A stretch of 16,872 nucleotides of DNA from Candidatus Electronema aureum (GTDB lineage Bacteria > Desulfobacterota > Desulfobulbia > Desulfobulbales > Desulfobulbaceae). The DNA lies in assembly GCA_004284765.1 (NCBI GenBank), contig NQJD01000044.1, forward strand, positions 1-16,872. The letters run 5' to 3'. A program made the translations under genes and the position numbers. Of this stretch, positions 7,986-13,895 are shown in pieces (the stretch's first letter is position 1; every line of letters begins with the position of its first letter). The notes below the pieces were generated by a model. It was not told the origin of the DNA. It searched no databases and saw only the letters and a program-made list of their open reading frames with translations.

Positions 7986-8178
7986 AATGTTCTCTCCAAC
8001 GTAGAATTAAGAAGCAAAGAGTTACGTCAACCGTATATCAAACACATCAACTAACCTACCTGAATACCCATTCCGTACCAGTCACAGTCACACCGGTGGC
8101 CCGACACGATGCAGCGATCCGGCTCCCGGAGATGGTGGGCTGGGAGCCGGTGGAGAGAGGAATGGAAATACATTTACT

Positions 8179-8511
8179 TTATATCTTGGTAGCTACCTTG
8201 GTGAGTAGGCCGATTACTTTAGTCAGATTGTTGATTACTTTGATGAAGTTCTCCATCTTTTTCATCTCATCCTGTAGCTCTTTGACTGCACCCTTAAGCT
8301 CTGGAGTATATTTATCGAACTCCTCTGCTATTACCTTAAGGATATTATAGTTTAGCTGAATTCTATATGTCATGAATTCAACAATTTTATCGCTCCACAC
8401 TGCCTTTTCTTTCTTGCTTCGCTTCTGGAGCCAAATATGAAAGTCATTTGACAAGAGGAGATCACTCTCAATCTTCTGTACTATGTCAATCAACTGATCT
8501 TGATTGTTCAT
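8179..8511 (-). CDS. Hypothetical small helical protein (110 aa), translationally coupled to upstream lipoprotein gene
   Basis: The AGGAGGA SD overlaps the TAA stop of the lipoprotein gene, with a 12-nt gap between the ORFs. Charged, heptad-like composition (KELQDEMKKMENFIKVINNLTKVIGLL). No signal peptide, TM segment or motif that I recognise. Confidence 0.6.
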   Translation of the reverse strand: MNNQDQLIDIVQKIESDLLLSNDFHIWLQKRSKKEKAVWSDKIVEFMTYRIQLNYNILKVIAEEFDKYTPELKGAVKELQDEMKKMENFIKVINNLTKVIGLLTKVATKI

Positions 8512-8523
8512 TCTATATCCTCC

Positions 8524-9393
8524 TTATGGTTTAACTGCATGAGCAGTAGCAAGAATATGTTTAATCTCGACCACAAGCGCATGAATACTACTTTGTGCAT
8601 CGTTGCCTGCCAGCAGCTTTTCAAAAATTAAACGCATTTTTTTAGATGCCTCTATAGCAGGTTTGATATCATTCACTGTTGACTTGAGCTGTATAGCCGC
8701 ACGACGTTTGGCAACCCAGTCTTCTTGCGTTGATAGAGGTTTGTCGCTCAAGAGAGGTTGCTTCACTAACAGAATCTCCTTCAACTCAGCTTCAGTTGTC
8801 AAAGCATGTGTAATCTGTCTATCCAATGTTTTTAGCAATAGCTCATGAATCTGTAGCTGTGTTCTAATAAGCTCCTGACGTTTTTCAAACTCTGCCCGCA
8901 ATACTGCTTTAATCCGGGTGTTGACAACAACTTTTGCCAGCTGCGGTAGCGTATTGACCACGTCTGGCGATGACACCTTTAGTTCTGTTGACAGTTTGTT
9001 CATCCCCGTAACCAGATTATTAATTGCAGTTTTCGTCTGGTCAGGTGCATCTGATGTTGCCAGCAACTCAAGCTGCGCAAAGTAATCAGCAAGCAATTTT
9101 GCATTGAACCTGAGGTGTTGAATGGTTGCTAATAGTTTGGCCTCTTCTTTGGTTAACGTATCATATTTTTCTGCACTCACCACGCCTGTGATGCCTTTGA
9201 CCTGCACCAAGCTCCATGAAGTTGAATCAATCTGAGCTTGCTCGGCGGTAACAAGTACCTTATCTACAGCTTTTGCATACTCTGAACCAGCTTGGGAAAA
9301 ATCTGCGTACTCGCTTTTTGGGTGAATAGCACATCCACTCAGTAGCAATAGACTGGCAACCGGGATCAGCATTGTTCTCTTTGTTAGTTTCAT
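8524..9393 (-). CDS. Predicted lipoprotein, all-alpha / coiled-coil-rich, unknown family
   Basis: 289-aa ORF with AAGGAGGA 7 nt upstream of the ATG. The signal peptide carries a lipobox: MKLTKRTMLIPVASLLLLSG|C. The remainder is helix-prone, rich in Leu/Lys/Glu/Gln/Thr, with no catalytic motif recognised. Confidence 0.75.
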   Translation of the reverse strand: MKLTKRTMLIPVASLLLLSGCAIHPKSEYADFSQAGSEYAKAVDKVLVTAEQAQIDSTSWSLVQVKGITGVVSAEKYDTLTKEEAKLLATIQHLRFNAKLLADYFAQLELLATSDAPDQTKTAINNLVTGMNKLSTELKVSSPDVVNTLPQLAKVVVNTRIKAVLRAEFEKRQELIRTQLQIHELLLKTLDRQITHALTTEAELKEILLVKQPLLSDKPLSTQEDWVAKRRAAIQLKSTVNDIKPAIEASKKMRLIFEKLLAGNDAQSSIHALVVEIKHILATAHAVKP

Positions 9394-9467
9394 AGCTTAT
9401 TCCTCCTTTATTTTTTATATAGAAGCTACGGTGAAAATATCTTTCAGCTATGCACAACATAGCATCC

Positions 9468-9515
9468 TAACGAGTAATCCTACTCATGATTAATGTTAGG
9501 AATGATTACTCGTTA
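9468..9515. promoter_or_regulatory. 12-bp perfect inverted repeat in the cassette's upstream region (candidate operator)
   Basis: taacgagtaatc (9468-9479) and gattactcgtta (9504-9515) are separated by 24 bp and lie 75-120 bp upstream of the lipoprotein ATG. An overlapping alternative pairing exists between cctaac (9466-9471) and gttagg (9495-9500). The function is inferred only. Confidence 0.35.
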
Positions 9516-9619
9516 AGTTTATTCAATCACCACAACGTGGTTCATGTCAAGCTGTTTCTTCAAGCCTGAACCCTTTTCTTTCTTTACCAAATAGGGAGCT
9601 GATTTTGTAGGACTGGGGG

Positions 9620-9670
9620 CAAAAAACAACTCAGCCCTGTCTGAACGCGGTGTTCAAGCAGGGCTGAGTT
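9620..9670 (-). terminator. Rho-independent terminator of the 139-aa gene
   Basis: 12-bp perfect stem: aactcagccctg (9628-9639) pairs with cagggctgagtt (9659-9670). On the minus strand it is followed by GTTTTTTG (9620-9627), and it lies 34 nt after the stop at 9704. Confidence 0.8.
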
Positions 9671-9703
9671 TATAAGTTTATAACAAAGATAAGAGCAGAA
9701 CGG

Positions 9704-10123
9704 TCAATCAAGTAGAGCTACCACCTTTTGGTTAAGCGTTGCTACCACCTGTGGGATTTTAGCTGGCTCGCATTCTGCTGTCCGCTCAAGCATGTTGCCC
9801 CATTGTCTCAGCATTTCGCTGTCTATTTTCCTGATGTCGTTGCTTTTACTCCACTCGCGACCAATCTTAGCACCCAGCTCTTCAAGATTTCTTTGGAGAT
9901 CACTTTTTAGTTCTACAGGAGCCTTTGCCAAAATTGTCGATGTGATATCCTTCCAGCCACGAGCATATAAGGTACCTTGCTGGAAGGTATCAAACCACGC
10001 CCGTTCTTGGGCTGAAAGCTGCTCTCTGCCCTGCCGCTGTCCTCCCGCAGCCTGCGGCGGCAGCACAGACAACATGCCCAGTTGAACAAGGGCAACCGCA
10101 TAAAAGATATAGTTGACGCGCAT
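9704..10123 (-). CDS. Hypothetical secreted/periplasmic protein (139 aa)
   Basis: Has its own consensus promoter and terminator. N-terminal signal-like segment MRVNYIFYAVALVQLGMLSVLPPQAA, followed by a helical, charged body. No family recognised. Confidence 0.65.
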   Translation of the reverse strand: MRVNYIFYAVALVQLGMLSVLPPQAAGGQRQGREQLSAQERAWFDTFQQGTLYARGWKDITSTILAKAPVELKSDLQRNLEELGAKIGREWSKSNDIRKIDSEMLRQWGNMLERTAECEPAKIPQVVATLNQKVVALLD

Positions 10124-10178
10124 ATTGCTCTCCCTGAGATACGGTTGAAAATACTACCATGCTGCAAGCCACGTTTGA

Positions 10179-10207
10179 ATTATAGCAGCCTGCGCCTCCC
10201 TTTTCAA
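10179..10207 (-). promoter_or_regulatory. Near-consensus sigma70 promoter for the 139-aa gene
   Basis: On the minus strand, TTGAAA (10207-10202), a 17-nt spacer and TATAAT (10184-10179). It sits about 55 nt upstream of ATG 10123. Confidence 0.75.
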
Positions 10208-10257
10208 GAAGATGAAGAGCGCAGTTTGCCGATAACAGCGGTTTTTTTAGCAGCACA

Positions 10258-11262
10258 TCAAACGATGGCTATCAGGACGAGGAACGTTCCGATGAAAAGC
10301 AGCAGACAAAGTAGGGATGCGGCCAGAACTAAGCGACAGACAAGGAGGATATGCTGCTTTGTAGGAAGGTGAAGTGGATCGCCGATCAGAGGTTTACTCA
10401 CAATCCTACCAAAATAGAGCGACTCTCCGCCAAGCTGGATACCCAATGCACCAGCAGCAGCAGCTTCTGGCCAGCCAGAGTTAGGACTGGCGTGCTGCTG
10501 TCGGTCACGAATAAGGATACGCCACGTGTTCTTCAAGCTACCACCGTAGATCGGCGCAGCAAGAACGAGCGCAAGCCCTGAGATTCGGGCTGGAAGAAGA
10601 TTGGCCCAATCATCGAGCCGGGCCGCGCAGCAGCCGAAGTGCAGGTAGCGTTCGTTCTTGTAGCCGAACATGGAATCCATCGTGCTGACCGCCTTGTAGA
10701 GCATAGCTGCTAAGACGGCACAAACAGCGGGCCAGCTTCCTCCGGCAGGCAAGGCAACGACAGCTCCAACAGTCGCCCAGAACAGCGGGGCAATAATGCC
10801 GTCAGACATGTTCTCTGCCACGCTCTCCACACAAGCACGAATCACCGCAGGCTTGTTCAATTGATCGGTGTCTCGACCCACGATCAAGGCAACCTGCTTT
10901 CGGGCTGCTTCGATGCTTTCGTCTAAAGCGGCATGAACCTGCATAGCATGGCGAAGCAAATCACGGGCTGCTATCGTAGTATAGAGCAGAAAGGCGGTTC
11001 CGGCTAAGAACAGCGGCTGGGAACATTGGGCAACCAAGAACAACAGCGTGGCGCAGCTACAGCCGGTAAAGAGCAAGACCAGCAGCACAGTCAGGCTGCC
11101 ACTGTTCCGCTCACTCAAGGGCAAGCTGCGGGTGAAGCTCTCCATTTTGGCTGCAAACCAGCCGATAATTCGCACCGGATGTGGGAACCAGCGCGGATCA
11201 CCGAAGAACAGATCAAGGATACAGGCTGCCAGCAGCGTATAGATAAAGGACATGTTCTTCAT
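10258..11262 (-). CDS. cbiB: Adenosylcobinamide-phosphate synthase CbiB/CobD (membrane protein)
   Basis: 334-aa polytopic ORF. The N-terminal ACILDLFFGDPRWFPHPVRIIGW carries the CobD/CbiB hallmark (D.P...PHPV...G). Later blocks are RDTD.L, ESVAEN.SDGIIAPLFW and HASPNSGWPEAAAAGALGIQLGG. Confidence 0.9.
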   Translation of the reverse strand: MKNMSFIYTLLAACILDLFFGDPRWFPHPVRIIGWFAAKMESFTRSLPLSERNSGSLTVLLVLLFTGCSCATLLFLVAQCSQPLFLAGTAFLLYTTIAARDLLRHAMQVHAALDESIEAARKQVALIVGRDTDQLNKPAVIRACVESVAENMSDGIIAPLFWATVGAVVALPAGGSWPAVCAVLAAMLYKAVSTMDSMFGYKNERYLHFGCCAARLDDWANLLPARISGLALVLAAPIYGGSLKNTWRILIRDRQQHASPNSGWPEAAAAGALGIQLGGESLYFGRIVSKPLIGDPLHLPTKQHILLVCRLVLAASLLCLLLFIGTFLVLIAIV

Positions 11263-11267
11263 CCCAC

Positions 11268-13679
11268 CTACCTTCTCTTCCGCTTCTGCCGTGCCAGCAC
11301 TTCCTTGAAGAAGCCATGCACGTTGAAGGTGATGCCGAGAAGACTTGGCTTCAACTCAAAAAGGTCGTTCATCATCTCCAGCCAACTCGCCTCATCGCTC
11401 CCCTGCTTGTCTATCTTCTGCACCAACCCATCCAGCTCATCTCTGTGCTTCGGCTGCACCAGACCAAGCAGCTCATGCACACTGTATTTCTTCTTTGAGC
11501 CAATGGGAATAAAGATGTCCGAACCAGCCTCCGCGAGGTCGAGCAGGTTCTCATAGTCTGCGCTGCCATGCTGGTCATCCGGCATCGGCACGCGCTCGCT
11601 GACGGTGAGCTTCTCAAAGCCGCTGTTAATATCGGCCAGCGTGTAGCGGAGATAATGCAGATACTCCCTGCGCTGCTCTCTATTCGCCCAGATGTTGATG
11701 CGCCGCGCCTCTATATCTGCCTTAACCAAAGCCTGCGCCCCGCTGCGCTGATCCTCCAGCAGCACGCCGGTGCGCCAGCAGGTTGCCGCCTTGATGTCCC
11801 TATGCACCTTGACCATGAAGCGGGGAAAGACTGACGGCGGCAGGAAGTCGGGGTAATGCAGGGCGAAACGGAGCGAGCCGCTCTGCTTGAAGGATAACTT
11901 CGGCTCGCTGACCGGCAGAAGCTGCGGGATGAGCACCGCCTCCTTGCCGACCGGGTAGCACAGCTCGAACTTCTCCATCAGGCCCATGATATATGGGTGC
12001 GTGTCGGGCGGGTAGGAATGCTTTTTCTCCCCCCTGAGCGGCAGGATTTCACCCAAGCACTTCAAGCTAAGGAGGCCCTTTCTGTCCGCCATCTTCTCAG
12101 CAGTGATGATCTTATAGACCGCCTCTGTGACCCAGATCGGGTCCAGCACGTGCATGGCATCGAGGATGAACTCCTTGAAATGCACGGCCACGCCGAGATC
12201 ATGTAGGAAGTCCACCAGCACCTCGCAGCTCTGCGCCTCGGTGATGCCCGCCTCTTTGCAGATGCCTTTGTACTCCTCCGCGCTGATGTAGGGTCTGTCT
12301 AACTGCTCCAGCCGCTGCTTGACCGCAAACCAGCTGCCGGGCCAGACAGTGCCAATCATCTCCACCTTGTCCAGCTCCGTCAGCAATGCCTCTTTGAACT
12401 GGGCCACACCCGTGCTGCTCTTGCAGGAGATGCGGAAGAAGTCGCGGATGCCGGGGTATTTCTCCAGCAGGAAAGGCCGGTTGACATCAAACGAGGGGTT
12501 GCTATCCATCTTGTTGAGGACCACCAGCACAGGCGAGTCGCCGCCAAATGCCTCGATGTGCCGCAGCCAGTATTCCATCCGCTCGTCCTTGCGGCCATCA
12601 AGCACGAGGACATACAGGCTGCGCTTGGAGAGGAAGAACTGGTGCGTGGCGTGCTGTATCTCTTGGCCGCCAAAGTCCCAGATATTGATCCTGATCTTCC
12701 GCCCGCCGACCTCCTGCTCCCAGCCTTGGATGTTGATGCCGTGCGTGGTATCCTCGTGCTGGTCAAACGCCTGGCCGAGGAGCTGCTTGACCAGCGAGGT
12801 CTTGCCTGCCGCGCCGTCACCAACGAGGAGAATCTTCACCTCGTTGAGAGGCTGGTCTTCTGGTTGGAGGGAGGCGAAATACTGGCGGATGGCTTGTTTA
12901 CCCTTTGAGGCGACCTCCAGCGGAGGGGAAATGAGGGGGTTATCGCTGAGGCTAAATACAGTCAGACGGGTGAGCTGGCAGATTTCAGGTGGAAGAGTGA
13001 TGAGCTGATTATTGTTTAGGTATAGACTCATCAGGCTAGTAAGTTGACTAATTTCAGGCGGGAGGTCTGTGAGCTGGTTATAGCTAAGTTCAAGTCGCCT
13101 CAGATTAGTGAGCTGGAATAGCTCAGAAGGTAAGGTGGCAAACCGGTTGTATCTTAGGTCAAGTTTAGTCAGGTTGGCAAGTTGGCAGATTTCGGGCGGG
13201 AGGTCTGCGAGCTGGTTGTAACTCAGGTCAAGCCTCCTTAGATTCGTAAGCTGGAATAGCTCAGAAGGTAGGGTTGTGAACTGATTCCCGCCAAGGTCAA
13301 TATCTGTCAGATTAATGAGCTGGCAGAGTTCTGGTAGCAGTGTGATGGGGTTATTAGCCCGAAGGCTAATTTTTTTCAGCTTCCTCAACTGGCATATTTC
13401 AGACGGTAAGGTGGCAAGCTGGTTGCCGCTGAGGTTAAGCTCAGTCAGGTTAGTGAGCTGGCAGAGTTCTATAGGCAGGGAGGTGAGCTGGTTACCGCTG
13501 AGGTCAAGCCGCCTTAGATTAGTGAGCTGGAATAGCTCAAAAGGCAAGGTTGTGAGCTGATCGTGACCGAGGTAAAATTCAGTCTCCCCGCTTGCCTTTG
13601 CCTTCTCTATCCTCTTCAGCAACCATTCATTCGTCATCGCCTGCGCACCTATGTTGTTTGTGGGGTAGGGGCACGACAT
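11268..13679 (-). CDS. ROCO-family GTPase: N-terminal leucine-rich repeats, Roc (Ras-of-complex) GTPase, COR domain
   Basis: 803-aa ORF. Residues about 38-250 form roughly 9-10 LRRs of 23 aa (L..L..L.LS.NQL..LP.EI.QL). The Roc motifs are VKILLVGDGAAGKTSL (G1), WDFGGQE (G3) and LNKMD (G4). A COR-like region of about 300 aa follows. The C-terminus is polybasic (ARQKRKRR). An alternative start is Met15 at 13637, because ATG 13679 lies inside a 28-bp palindrome. Both candidates have SD-like AGG(G/T)G upstream. Confidence 0.85.
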   Translation of the reverse strand: MSCPYPTNNIGAQAMTNEWLLKRIEKAKASGETEFYLGHDQLTTLPFELFQLTNLRRLDLSGNQLTSLPIELCQLTNLTELNLSGNQLATLPSEICQLRKLKKISLRANNPITLLPELCQLINLTDIDLGGNQFTTLPSELFQLTNLRRLDLSYNQLADLPPEICQLANLTKLDLRYNRFATLPSELFQLTNLRRLELSYNQLTDLPPEISQLTSLMSLYLNNNQLITLPPEICQLTRLTVFSLSDNPLISPPLEVASKGKQAIRQYFASLQPEDQPLNEVKILLVGDGAAGKTSLVKQLLGQAFDQHEDTTHGINIQGWEQEVGGRKIRINIWDFGGQEIQHATHQFFLSKRSLYVLVLDGRKDERMEYWLRHIEAFGGDSPVLVVLNKMDSNPSFDVNRPFLLEKYPGIRDFFRISCKSSTGVAQFKEALLTELDKVEMIGTVWPGSWFAVKQRLEQLDRPYISAEEYKGICKEAGITEAQSCEVLVDFLHDLGVAVHFKEFILDAMHVLDPIWVTEAVYKIITAEKMADRKGLLSLKCLGEILPLRGEKKHSYPPDTHPYIMGLMEKFELCYPVGKEAVLIPQLLPVSEPKLSFKQSGSLRFALHYPDFLPPSVFPRFMVKVHRDIKAATCWRTGVLLEDQRSGAQALVKADIEARRINIWANREQRREYLHYLRYTLADINSGFEKLTVSERVPMPDDQHGSADYENLLDLAEAGSDIFIPIGSKKKYSVHELLGLVQPKHRDELDGLVQKIDKQGSDEASWLEMMNDLFELKPSLLGITFNVHGFFKEVLARQKRKRR
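12930..13568 (-). repeat. 69-bp-periodic coding repeats (LRR units), including a ~138-bp tandem duplication
   Basis: Near-identical DNA blocks ttagatt(a/c)gt(g/a)agctggaatagctca(g/a)aagg occur at about 13100-13140, 13236-13278 and 13510-13558. The two-LRR module 13005-13142 is closely similar to 13143-13280 (TLPSELFQLTNLRRL(D/E)LSYNQL(A/T)DLPPEI). Confidence 0.8.
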
Positions 13680-13692
13680 GTCGTGCCCCTAC
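13665..13692. repeat. Perfect 28-bp palindrome
   Basis: gtaggggcacgaca|tgtcgtgcccctac is exactly self-complementary and GC-rich. It overlaps the longest possible ROCO start codon. No T-tract follows on either strand. Confidence 0.85.
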
Positions 13693-13895
13693 GGGAATCA
13701 TCCTCAAGGGATCCCTCCAGATATTCTCAAGGGTACCCACTACTATTTTTAGACGCAGGCTAGGCGTTTCACGCCTCGTCATCTCGCTGCGTCAAAAGTG
13801 GCCCTACTGGTGCTGGCGGAGCGGCTTGAAACCCAGGAAGCCGCCCCGTTCCTCTCTCTATAGGCTTGGCTGTCGCATGAGTGCGTGGCCTTCGG

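Noticed and set aside
8096-8350. 84-aa plus-strand ORF
   Set aside because: It begins in the GC-rich spacer and then runs antisense to the coupled 110-aa gene. It has no RBS. The minus-strand gene has a strong SD and operon logic.
6781-9393. Assigning the cassette to a named defence system (CBASS, Thoeris, Pycsar, Lamassu, Gabija and others) or calling it a prophage
   Set aside because: I see no cyclase/CD-NTase, TIR, SIR2, SMC, helicase or nuclease signature. There is also no integrase, capsid, terminase or att-like direct repeat in the window. It is therefore reported only as an unclassified candidate.
10214-10250. Possible plus-strand terminator (short stem followed by TTTTTTT at about 10243-10249)
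   Set aside because: The stem is only about 3 bp and no plus-strand gene ends there. On the relevant minus strand it reads as an A-tract just after the cbiB stop, so it is not a terminator.
11026-11556. 176-aa plus-strand ORF across the cbiB/ROCO junction
   Set aside because: It is antisense to two well-supported genes and crosses their 5-nt junction. Its composition is low-complexity and Ser/Gln-rich.
12319-13008. 229-aa plus-strand ORF and 147-aa alternative-frame minus ORF (12380-12823) inside the ROCO gene
   Set aside because: They overlap the Roc GTPase coding frame, which carries intact G1/G3/G4 motifs. Their Ser/Arg/Pro-rich composition is typical of off-frame translation.
12930-13568. 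Regularly spaced ~69-bp repeats that might be taken for a CRISPR-like array or satellite
   Set aside because: The periodicity is that of 23-aa leucine-rich repeats within one continuous open reading frame. There is no repeat-spacer structure with unique spacers, and no cas genes are present.
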